Of a stretch of DNA of 64,000 nt, positions 47,042 through 55,413 are shown piece after piece. This DNA comes from a virus (lineage: Duplodnaviria; Caudoviricetes). Every line of letters starts with the position of its first letter. The first letter of the stretch is position 1. The stretch is from the IMG/VR virus record IMGVR_UViG_3300033388_005412, positions 1 to 64,000 of that record. One strand, 5' to 3'. The position numbers were made by a program, and so were the translations under genes. The notes under the pieces are model-generated. The model was not told where the DNA came from and made no database searches. It saw nothing but the letters and a program-made list of their open reading frames with translations.

Positions 47042-47907
47042 ATACAATGGTAAATATATCAGAAATAATAAATAAAAATATATCATTTACACAAGAGAAA
47101 TTATTGAAAAGAAATCCTATTGTATTCTGGCCGACCGATGCCGGCTGTTATGTTAATGAAACATATCACGGTGAGTGTATGAAAAAAATATATTGGAAAA
47201 TAATGGGAATACCTTACACGAATCCTGTAAATCCTAGAGTTAAAAGAGTTATGGATGTTGGGTCTTTAATAGAACACAACGAAATTAAATATTCTAAAGG
47301 ATCCAGACGCATATATGTTGATAACAACATTTGTTTTTCATATGAAATATCACCAAATATAATAATATCAGGTGAAATGGATGCTATATATGTAATTGAT
47401 GATATCTATTATGGAATTGAATATAAAACAGGTTCCGGATGGTATTTCAGAAATGATATTTTTGGATCAAAAACAACATTAGGATTTCCCAGGGCCAAAG
47501 ATTTACTTCAAGTGATGATTTATCTTGATTATTGTAAACAAAAATCTGATATGCCGATTAGTAATTTTAAATTGATTTATATCGACAGAGGACGATGCGA
47601 CACATGTGAGTTTGATATAAAATTATCAGATGAGAAAAAAGCTATTATTAATAATGAACTGTTATCCGAATTCAGTGTTTATGATATATGTAATACATAT
47701 GAGAATTTGCAAAAATATATTAACACAAATACATTGCCGCCTTGCTGTTATCATAATTTTTATGATAAGCCGACTATAAAACAAATGTATATAAAAAAAA
47801 TAATAACAAAAAATCAATATATAAAATGGATGAAAACAGGCGGAGGTATGGATTATCAATGTTCATATTGCATGTATTTAAATAGATGTTTGCAGGGGGT
47901 AAAATAA
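47035..47907 (+). CDS. Cas4/AddB-like PD-(D/E)XK nuclease
   Basis: GECMKKIYW; ISGEMDAI..IEYKT; YQCSYCMYLNRC. Confidence 0.8.
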   Translation: MVNTMVNISEIINKNISFTQEKLLKRNPIVFWPTDAGCYVNETYHGECMKKIYWKIMGIPYTNPVNPRVKRVMDVGSLIEHNEIKYSKGSRRIYVDNNICFSYEISPNIIISGEMDAIYVIDDIYYGIEYKTGSGWYFRNDIFGSKTTLGFPRAKDLLQVMIYLDYCKQKSDMPISNFKLIYIDRGRCDTCEFDIKLSDEKKAIINNELLSEFSVYDICNTYENLQKYINTNTLPPCCYHNFYDKPTIKQMYIKKIITKNQYIKWMKTGGGMDYQCSYCMYLNRCLQGVK

Positions 47908-48560
47908 TGAAAAATATTGAAACTGATAAAACGATCAAAACTATTATAGGTGTTGATTCTTGCGGAGATGGCGCATTAAGCGGTCCGGTTGTCGCCGGCG
48001 CGGCCGCCTTTAAATTCGATATCGACTCAACTAAAAAATATTTAATGGATATTGGTTTAAATGACAGCAAAAAACTCTCCCCGAAAAAACGATATTTCAT
48101 AGAAAAAGAAATTAAAAAATTTATAATCTATGGTAAAGTAAGCATTGGGTTATATGATAACACGGCTTCTTTAATCGATCAAATAGGTATTAAAAATGCG
48201 TCTTTAAATGCTATGTACATGGCCGCAATTAGAGTCGCGCATAATATCGAAAAACCAATGCAGCTGAATACCCGCCTGCAGTGTGTTTTAATGGTTGACG
48301 GCATTCGGGAGATACCCAATATGGATATGGAACAGGTTACTATTATAAAAGGTGACTCAAAAATCCCCGAAATTATGATTGCGAGCATAATTGCAAAATG
48401 CAGCCGTGATCGATTTATGATATTGATGAGTGAAAAATATCCAAAGTATGGATGGGCCAAAAATAAAGGATATGGTACAACAAAGCATATCGCGGCAATT
48501 AGGGAATACGACTTATCAGAATTACATAGGAGCACATTTTGTCAAAACTTCAGAAAATAA
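47907..48560 (+). CDS. rnhB: ribonuclease HII family protein (variant motif I)
   Basis: GVDSCGDGALSGPVVA, NDSKKL, MVDG, IIKGDSK...ASIIAK..RD, YGWAKNKGYGT..H, HRSTF. Confidence 0.88.
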   Translation: MKNIETDKTIKTIIGVDSCGDGALSGPVVAGAAAFKFDIDSTKKYLMDIGLNDSKKLSPKKRYFIEKEIKKFIIYGKVSIGLYDNTASLIDQIGIKNASLNAMYMAAIRVAHNIEKPMQLNTRLQCVLMVDGIREIPNMDMEQVTIIKGDSKIPEIMIASIIAKCSRDRFMILMSEKYPKYGWAKNKGYGTTKHIAAIREYDLSELHRSTFCQNFRK

Positions 48561-49009
48561 ATAAAACATCGACAGATGTCGTTGTATCAAGATATAAAAT
48601 AACGCTCGAATCGAAAATGACATCAATGACATTAGATGGATATTTAATACCGCCTGTTAATTTTAATCTCGAAAATCGATTAGTATCGGGCATGATTGAA
48701 ATAGACCCGCGCTATCAAAATAAAATCGGATTATTGAGCATGGAAAATTCATATTACGGTGGAAGATCTGATAAAACTTTTGTTCCGATAGATGATTATG
48801 ATCATGTTTATACAACGGTATCAAAATCATTAAATAATTCAATAACAATTTACACGTGGCACGAAAATTTCACATTTTATAATGTATATTTAAATAGATA
48901 TAAATCGGATGAAAAAATATTTAAATTTATGGCACAGGCGGCCCTTGATAATTTATTAAAGTTTGAACAGCAGTTCACAATTGTCCCGCCGAAACAACTT
49001 GACAAATGA
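48539..49009 (+). CDS. hypothetical protein
   Basis: ORF; start uncertain. Confidence 0.55.
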   Translation: MSKLQKINKTSTDVVVSRYKITLESKMTSMTLDGYLIPPVNFNLENRLVSGMIEIDPRYQNKIGLLSMENSYYGGRSDKTFVPIDDYDHVYTTVSKSLNNSITIYTWHENFTFYNVYLNRYKSDEKIFKFMAQAALDNLLKFEQQFTIVPPKQLDK

Positions 49010-49039
49010 TTCTTGACAGATGACTCTTGACAGATGATT
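48998..49039 (+). repeat. three tandem 14-bp repeats each containing TTGACA
   Basis: CTTGACAAATGATT / CTTGACAGATGACT / CTTGACAGATGATT. Confidence 0.95.
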
Positions 49040-49055
49040 TTTGGTTTTGTACTAT
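49027..49055 (+). promoter_or_regulatory. sigma70 promoter
   Basis: TTGACA-17-TACTAT then AAGGAGG SD. Confidence 0.8.
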
Positions 49056-49073
49056 GTATGAAGGAGGAATAAA

Positions 49074-49376
49074 ATGATTGACATTAAGAAAGCGTTGGAT
49101 ACAACTAATTTTGAAGAAAAAATATTCAAACAAGCTAAAAAACAAAATGAATTTGATGAATTATTAATGAAGAGTGAAATTTTCACGGAAATGCGCCGAG
49201 TAGTTAAAAAATTATTTGAACTTGCTTTTATGGATGATCGCTCAGCAATTAAAAAGAAACTAAAAGCCAACTATAAAAAAAATGGAATTACTTTGGGTTT
49301 GCTTGATGACATCGAACATTGGAAAGATGAAAAATGGGAGACCAGGGAAAAACAAATAAAACAGGCAACAAAATGA
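49074..49376 (+). CDS. hypothetical protein
   Basis: AAGGAGG SD, ORF. Confidence 0.7.
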   Translation: MIDIKKALDTTNFEEKIFKQAKKQNEFDELLMKSEIFTEMRRVVKKLFELAFMDDRSAIKKKLKANYKKNGITLGLLDDIEHWKDEKWETREKQIKQATK

Positions 49377-50779
49377 ATGAAATAGTAATACCGAATGAAG
49401 CAAAAAAAATCTTTGATATTTTCAAAGATGCCGGTTATAAAATCTGGCTTGTTGGTGGGTGTTGCCGTGATCTTTTAATCGACGCAAACACTGAATTAAA
49501 AGATTTGGATTTCGCTAGTCCGACAAGGGCTGATATAACAACCAAAATATTAAAAGATAATGGATACAAACCATATACCATAGGATCGTATTTCGGTACA
49601 ATAGGGACAACTGTTAATAATATTGATATACAGGTAACAACATTTCGTAAAAAAGAACATTATAACAGAGGTTCCAGACATCCCGAGGTTGAATTCGGCG
49701 AATCCATAGACCAGGACATAGCCCGGCGGGATTTTCGCATGAATTCAATAGCGGCCGATGAAAATGGTAATATATATGATCCATATGATGGATATAAAGA
49801 TATCATAAATAAAGAAATATCAGTTGCCGGTGATATAAAAGAAATAATGTCAGAAGATCCGCTTAGATTATTAAGATGTGGGCGCTTTATAAGCAAATTC
49901 GGATTCAGCCCATCATTGGACTTACTTGATACTGTCGCTGAATTATCATATCTCATAACAACAATCAGCGTTGAAAGATGGAGACAGGAAATGGACAAGC
50001 TTCTACTTGGAAAAAATCCCGGAGACGCCCTTGATTTTATGATATATACAAAACTCTGCAATTATATGCTTCCTGAATTAATAAATATTGTCGATTTCGA
50101 TCAGTCAAGTCAATACCATCATAAAAATGTATTTGAACATACAAAACAAGTCATTGAACAAACTCCTCTCATACTGGAAATCAGATGGGCCGCCCTTATG
50201 CATGATTTGGGTAAAGCATATACACGAACATACGAAGATGGAAATGTTCATTTCTACAAGCATGAGATAATATCCGGAATACTGGCCAATGGAATCATGA
50301 ATAGATTCAAATTCCCAAATAAACTAAGAAAACGAATTAAAAATATCATAGAAAACCATATGTGCATTGTACAATATTCACCGGCATGGTGTGATTCGGC
50401 AGTACGGCGTTTCGCGAATAAGCATTCCAGTGCCGAATCAAGCATACTGGACAGTCTTTTTGAGCTTTCTATGGCTGATATAACATCTTCACACCCTGAC
50501 AGGGTTGAGGCCGGCATAGCTAACGTTAGACACCTCAAACAAAGAATTATTGACATGGCTAAGGCTAAAGAACTCGGCATTCATCTTCCAACCGGTTTAG
50601 GCAGGGCTATGATGGACACTCTTATGATTAAACAGGGGCCAATTATTGGAATAATTATGAAAAATATAATAGAACACATAGAAAGCGGTGAATTATTAGC
50701 AAATCAATCAATTGATTATTATATAGAGTGGATTAGAAAGAAGGAGGAATTATGGAAGCAGGAATGGAAACAGAAATGA
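49373..50779 (+). CDS. class II tRNA nucleotidyltransferase (CCA-adding-like) with HD domain
   Basis: LVGGCCRDLL, DLDFA, RRDFRMNSIA, EDPLRLLR, SVERWRQE, HH..VFEHT, MHDLGK; no [LV][LV]G[RK][RK]F poly(A) polymerase signature seen. Confidence 0.88.
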   Translation: MNEIVIPNEAKKIFDIFKDAGYKIWLVGGCCRDLLIDANTELKDLDFASPTRADITTKILKDNGYKPYTIGSYFGTIGTTVNNIDIQVTTFRKKEHYNRGSRHPEVEFGESIDQDIARRDFRMNSIAADENGNIYDPYDGYKDIINKEISVAGDIKEIMSEDPLRLLRCGRFISKFGFSPSLDLLDTVAELSYLITTISVERWRQEMDKLLLGKNPGDALDFMIYTKLCNYMLPELINIVDFDQSSQYHHKNVFEHTKQVIEQTPLILEIRWAALMHDLGKAYTRTYEDGNVHFYKHEIISGILANGIMNRFKFPNKLRKRIKNIIENHMCIVQYSPAWCDSAVRRFANKHSSAESSILDSLFELSMADITSSHPDRVEAGIANVRHLKQRIIDMAKAKELGIHLPTGLGRAMMDTLMIKQGPIIGIIMKNIIEHIESGELLANQSIDYYIEWIRKKEELWKQEWKQK

Positions 50780-50964
50780 AAATGGATGATGAGATAAACA
50801 GAGAAATTGATGAGCTTAAGAAAGAATTCTCAAAACTGCAGAATGAACTTGACATACTTGTTCAACAGGCAACTGATAAAAAAACAAGAATGGTTGAGAT
50901 CCAGGGCGCGTTTAAAATGTTAAGCAAAATGGGACAGATTAAAAAGGAGAAAAACAATGAGTAA
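50752..50964 (+). CDS. coiled-coil hypothetical protein
   Basis: GGAGG SD; heptad pattern. Confidence 0.65.
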   Translation: MEAGMETEMKMDDEINREIDELKKEFSKLQNELDILVQQATDKKTRMVEIQGAFKMLSKMGQIKKEKNNE

Positions 50965-51199
50965 AGAAAAAACAGAATTAAGGCATGGTGTAAAAGACGC
51001 GATTGTTAAAGCAGTTGATGCGGCCGAAGCTCAAATAATAATGAGCGAGGTTCTGCTTGAGACAATCATGGATATGGACATCAAGGGCGCGGAAGCTGAT
51101 CAAACAGCAACACGTAAACAGCAAATTCGACAGGAAATTGAATTTAATAAACTTTATCTTGCAAAGCTAAAAAATAATTTTAAGGATATTCTTAGCTAA
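50957..51199 (+). CDS. hypothetical protein
   Basis: AAGGAG SD; stop overlaps convergent gene. Confidence 0.65.
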   Translation: MSKEKTELRHGVKDAIVKAVDAAEAQIIMSEVLLETIMDMDIKGAEADQTATRKQQIRQEIEFNKLYLAKLKNNFKDILS

Positions 51200-51416
51200 T
51201 AGAATTAATTTTAGCGCTTAATATACTTATTTGCTTAGCGAGATTATCCACTTTTTGATTCAGTATAATAGACACGGTATTTAAATCAGCTGTTGTCGGT
51301 CCTGATGCATTTGCTATCTGCTGTCTCAGTATTTCAAGCTGCTTACTAATTCGCGTAATCTTTTTATCATAAAGCGTTTTAAATGCCGTAAAATCCCTGT
51401 CAGTTATATATGCCAT
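51192..51416 (-). CDS. coiled-coil hypothetical protein
   Basis: ORF. Confidence 0.6.
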   Translation of the reverse strand: MAYITDRDFTAFKTLYDKKITRISKQLEILRQQIANASGPTTADLNTVSIILNQKVDNLAKQISILSAKINSIS

Positions 51417-51430
51417 GTTTGGTTATTCGG

Positions 51431-51859
51431 TTATTCGGCATCAGCCTCGTCGTTTTTCTTATCAAGTTCTATAACTTCAACAGCATCTTCCAGTTTTTTA
51501 ACATCACCTGTTACTTTATAAGTATTTTCGTCGGAAACATTATCAAACTGTAAATCAGCCGAATCGCCGATTCCCTTGCCGAGTCCCTTAACAACCGTTC
51601 TGCCTGGAGCTAATCTGTACGTTGTTGTTTTCAAAACACCTTTATCATCTTTTTCTTCAATGTCCCATGAAAGAAAAATATCCTGTGACGGCCCAACACT
51701 CTCAATACCACCGGCTGTCATTGGCGCATATGCTGAAAAATACACATGTTTAACAATTGATTGCTTAGTTACATCTGCTCCATTTACAACCAAACTCGTT
51801 CCCTCCGAAGTACCATCTGATTTGATAGTTACCTTAATCGTCTTTTCCTTTTTTGCCAT
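51431..51859 (-). CDS. hypothetical protein
   Basis: GGAGG SD, ORF. Confidence 0.7.
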   Translation of the reverse strand: MAKKEKTIKVTIKSDGTSEGTSLVVNGADVTKQSIVKHVYFSAYAPMTAGGIESVGPSQDIFLSWDIEEKDDKGVLKTTTYRLAPGRTVVKGLGKGIGDSADLQFDNVSDENTYKVTGDVKKLEDAVEVIELDKKNDEADAE

Positions 51860-51879
51860 TTCATCTTCCTCCTTTTTTT

Positions 51880-52032
51880 TTATCTATGCGGCCCAGTACC
51901 ATTATATTTACGTGTTCCGCTGCAACTTCCCCGGCCTCCACGTCCACCACCGGTTTTCCTATTACTCGCCCGGCCTAAACCTCTTCCTCCTCCTCTTCCT
52001 AAACCTCGTCTTGGTCTTGCTGTCATTTTCAT
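51880..52032 (-). CDS. 50-aa Arg/Gly-rich (RGG) basic peptide (not in ORF track)
   Basis: GGAGG SD then MKMTARPRRGLGRGGGRGLGRASNRKTGGGRGGRGSCSGTRKYNGTGPHR*. Confidence 0.75.
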   Translation of the reverse strand: MKMTARPRRGLGRGGGRGLGRASNRKTGGGRGGRGSCSGTRKYNGTGPHR

Positions 52033-52033
52033 G

Positions 52034-52282
52034 TTATTTTCCTCCTTTTTTCAAATTAATAATCTCATGTTCAATAAATGCTAATTTCTGGAAGGCTTTC
52101 TCTACCTGTTTATCCAGTAAATCTCTTGTTTGCGGCGCTAATTGCTGCTTAGGACTTAACGCATCAATCCGTCTTTTAATATCCTCAAGCTGTAATAAAA
52201 GAGTTTTGGCCTGTTCCGTCCTAAATCTTTTATACCGATCCCACTCTTCTCTTGTGATAAATTCACTTTCAATAACGTCCAT
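52034..52282 (-). CDS. coiled-coil hypothetical protein
   Basis: GGAGG SD, ORF. Confidence 0.65.
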   Translation of the reverse strand: MDVIESEFITREEWDRYKRFRTEQAKTLLLQLEDIKRRIDALSPKQQLAPQTRDLLDKQVEKAFQKLAFIEHEIINLKKGGK

Positions 52283-52997
52283 AAAACCTCCTAATTAATT
52301 TTTTTGCTTTATTTAAATTTCCCATATATTCAACACCATCTATGACTCTAGTTGTCGCCCATAATGGTTGCAAATTCTTTAATGCCCAACATTCTTTGAA
52401 TCCAATATCGTTATATGATTCAAATTTAAAAACAACTTTAGGAACAATATGATCAATATGCCATTCGCCATAATTATCCCAAGTCATTTCTTGTGTGAAT
52501 AACATCTCCAAATGCTTTTTTAAATCATTTAATGTGTAATTAATAAGGTCTTCCCAATGCTTTCCTGCTTTATTTTTTTTAAGTGCGCACCAAAACATTT
52601 TTCCCATACTATTATTTAATCTACCATCAATACTAGACAATCTTTTCTGATAGTACTTTCTTGAAATTTCGCGGTACTTTCCAGGATTGGATTTACGCCA
52701 TTTTTTATTACATTTATTAACTTTTTCTGAATTTTCTATACGATATTTTTTCATACGCAATTTATTTTTATTTACATGTTTTTCGTTATATTTTTTGTTT
52801 AATAATTTAATCTTCTCCGGATTATTTTTTCTATATAAAACAGCTTTTCTTTTTTCAAGTTCTTTATTTTTTATATAATATTTTCTTCTATATTTTCTGC
52901 AACATTCCACACATCTAATAAGATGACCATTTTTATATTCTCGTTCTTTATGACAAACATGGCAAATTTTTGTTTTTTTCATAAAATATTTACTCAA
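52269..52997 (-). mobile_element. free-standing HNH-type homing endonuclease
   Basis: CHVC..CVEC plus K/Y-rich helical repeats; MTWDNYGEWHIDHIVP...CWALKNLQPLW. Confidence 0.85.
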
Positions 52998-54084
52998 TTT
53001 TGTCTAACGTAATTCCGGTAATAACCGGTGTCACATTTTCAATCTTTTCCAATTTAACTTCAATTTTCCAATCTTTAGTGACATCTAATAATAAACTCTG
53101 TTCCAATGGATATGTGCTCGGTACATCCGCTGTTTCGCCGCTTGTATCATATATTATTATACTGTCATCCTGCGTTTTAATTTTAATAACAAACGGCCGA
53201 TTTTCAGCCAGGTCAATCGGCACGATATAAGGATCATCTAATAATATTGAACTTAAACCAACAGCAGTTCCCATATCCAAATCATAACTAAAAGTTCCCT
53301 CCATAGCATAATCGCATTTGAAAATGCCGATATCTCTAATTGAAAAAATATATTTACCATCTTCAAGTTTTCCCTGTAATTTTACAATGATCTCATTAGT
53401 ATAATTTTCTATTTTTCTATGTATTTTAACCGGCCATGCTGTATCAAATAACTCAATTGGACCTGTCACACCATTATAATATATTTCTCTTATCTTTGTT
53501 CCCATTAAAGGAAACACTGTTATATATGAAGCATTGTCTGATTCAGACACAGATGTTGTTTTAACTTTCAAATAAATAAAGCCAGCGTCTGTTTCGGCGG
53601 GATCCAGTTCTGTACACCATATATCATTATTTCCATTTATAACATGCCGCAAATCAGTGAGATCGGCCCAGGGTCCGGTTGCTGCCGTACTTTCTTGTAT
53701 CTCACATGATGCTATCGCCTGGCTTTCGCCATATTCATTTTCAACTAATGGTATTTTACTAACGATATCCTCTTCAGCTAAACTTAATTGGCCATAAACT
53801 GAATCAACTTGAATATCATCTGAATAATCAGGTGCAAGATATCCGGATTTTATAATTTTACCTGCTACAGAACTCACTATATTATTAATCTCAGCTGTCA
53901 GCCAGTTAATAGTTTTCTCAGCCGCATATTTATAATCACTATGGGTTTTAGAAAGTCTTTGAAATCTTTTATATAAACTTAAAATATTTTTAAGAAAGCT
54001 ATCGGTAGTATCATTAAAAAATCGTGACGTGAATTTACTCAAATCACTTAACACATAATCTTTGATCGAAATATCTAAACTCAT
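52990..54084 (-). CDS. putative virion structural protein
   Basis: Acidic, beta-rich ORF in fibre module. Confidence 0.5.
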   Translation of the reverse strand: MSLDISIKDYVLSDLSKFTSRFFNDTTDSFLKNILSLYKRFQRLSKTHSDYKYAAEKTINWLTAEINNIVSSVAGKIIKSGYLAPDYSDDIQVDSVYGQLSLAEEDIVSKIPLVENEYGESQAIASCEIQESTAATGPWADLTDLRHVINGNNDIWCTELDPAETDAGFIYLKVKTTSVSESDNASYITVFPLMGTKIREIYYNGVTGPIELFDTAWPVKIHRKIENYTNEIIVKLQGKLEDGKYIFSIRDIGIFKCDYAMEGTFSYDLDMGTAVGLSSILLDDPYIVPIDLAENRPFVIKIKTQDDSIIIYDTSGETADVPSTYPLEQSLLLDVTKDWKIEVKLEKIENVTPVITGITLDKIE

Positions 54085-54305
54085 TATATCCTCCTATGCA
54101 CATTAAGTGCCGGTATTATAGATAATATTTCAGTTTTATATAAAAATTCAACATCTGTTTTTAAATCTTCATCAAAATCAATGAAATCCTCTCTCAAATT
54201 TTCCATATCATTCTTAAGATTGCCCCAAAACTTATTCCATATTTCATGATCCAAATTATATCTATATCTGAAATTTAATTTATAACTTTTCCATTTTTTA
54301 TTCAT
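54084..54305 (-). CDS. hypothetical protein
   Basis: AGGAG SD, ORF. Confidence 0.65.
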   Translation of the reverse strand: MNKKWKSYKLNFRYRYNLDHEIWNKFWGNLKNDMENLREDFIDFDEDLKTDVEFLYKTEILSIIPALNVHRRI

Positions 54306-54322
54306 ATATAATTCTCCTTATT

Positions 54323-54697
54323 TCAGTCACTACTGACCTCCACTTTATACCAATCTGTTGAATGTAAATAATCAATAACTTCCTGTGACATTGTATTTGC
54401 CTCAATATTATATCCAATAAATTCTACATAAGGAATATTAAAAAACCAAGTTATTTCAGTTTCGTTAAAATTTCCCTGCACTAATCGCTTGCTATCGTCA
54501 ACATTGCTTATATAATGAGTAATATCTCTCGGTTGTCCTGACGGATTTCGTCCCTGCAAACCCCTCGCAAGAATATTATCAAAAACAATTTCTCTGGAAG
54601 GGTCGGGGAGAAACGATGTATCAACGGAAAAATAGCATCTTTCATCAGCCTGAATAAAGCAAGCCACGAACAAAAATATAATTATTCTTTTTTTCAT
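54323..54697 (-). CDS. signal-peptide-bearing hypothetical protein
   Basis: MKKRIIIFLFVACFIQA-DE. Confidence 0.7.
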   Translation of the reverse strand: MKKRIIIFLFVACFIQADERCYFSVDTSFLPDPSREIVFDNILARGLQGRNPSGQPRDITHYISNVDDSKRLVQGNFNETEITWFFNIPYVEFIGYNIEANTMSQEVIDYLHSTDWYKVEVSSD

Positions 54698-55413
54698 TAT
54701 CTTACCCCCACCTGTTCTTCATATCTGTATAGTATTTCTGCGACAGACCAACTTCTTTCTGAAATTATTACCTCATCTATGGCCGTGTTTACAATTCCAG
54801 TTCCCGCACTTCTCGCACCGATTATAACATTGTCCGCTAAAAATGGTTCAATATCCCCAACAATATAGCAATTATCTTTTCGGATTCCGTCTAAATATAT
54901 TTCATAATTTGTCCCATTGTGCCTTAAAACTAAATTATGCCAATCCGCAGAAATGGATTCTGTTGAGCTACACCAACCGATTGTAGCTGCGCCATAGGCT
55001 TGTATATAAATAATTTCGTTCAGGAAGGAGCTAGTTCCCGCCCCTAACCAAAGTAACTGCTGATTTACTCCGCCTATTTGCATAATGATTTTATATGCCG
55101 ACGCAGACGTTATTGGGGTATCGGGATTTAACCATAGTGAAATTGTGCGAGCATATTTTCCCATATCTCCAACATTAACATCATCACTCCCGTCAAAAAA
55201 TAAACACTTTCCTAACCAGCTATCAATCCACAACGCACCAGTTATAGTTCCGTTATTCCCCTGCCCCGAAACATCGTAAGCGGTAGACCCAGTCCCTTTG
55301 TTAAAATGCCAAAGTCCTGCAGTGTAAGAAGTAGACCCTAACTGATAATCACCTTTCCATTCTGCAAAAGAAACCCCACAAAACAATAAAATAATCAGTA
55401 ATTTTTTCATCAA
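54697..55413 (-). CDS. LamG/concanavalin A-like domain protein with signal peptide
   Basis: MMKKLLIILLFCGVSFA-; GLWHFNKGTGSTAYDVSGQGNNGT...FDGSDD...TISLW...WHNL...IYLDG...IDEV. Confidence 0.85.
   Translation of the reverse strand: MMKKLLIILLFCGVSFAEWKGDYQLGSTSYTAGLWHFNKGTGSTAYDVSGQGNNGTITGALWIDSWLGKCLFFDGSDDVNVGDMGKYARTISLWLNPDTPITSASAYKIIMQIGGVNQQLLWLGAGTSSFLNEIIYIQAYGAATIGWCSSTESISADWHNLVLRHNGTNYEIYLDGIRKDNCYIVGDIEPFLADNVIIGARSAGTGIVNTAIDEVIISERSWSVAEILYRYEEQVGVR

Noticed and set aside
5985-47907. Cas4-like genes as part of a CRISPR system
   Set aside because: No repeat-spacer array, cas1 or effector genes seen; solo Cas4/AddB-like nucleases are common in phages.
51576-52298. 240-aa plus-strand ORF
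   Set aside because: Antisense to three minus-strand genes with good SDs; low-complexity shadow.
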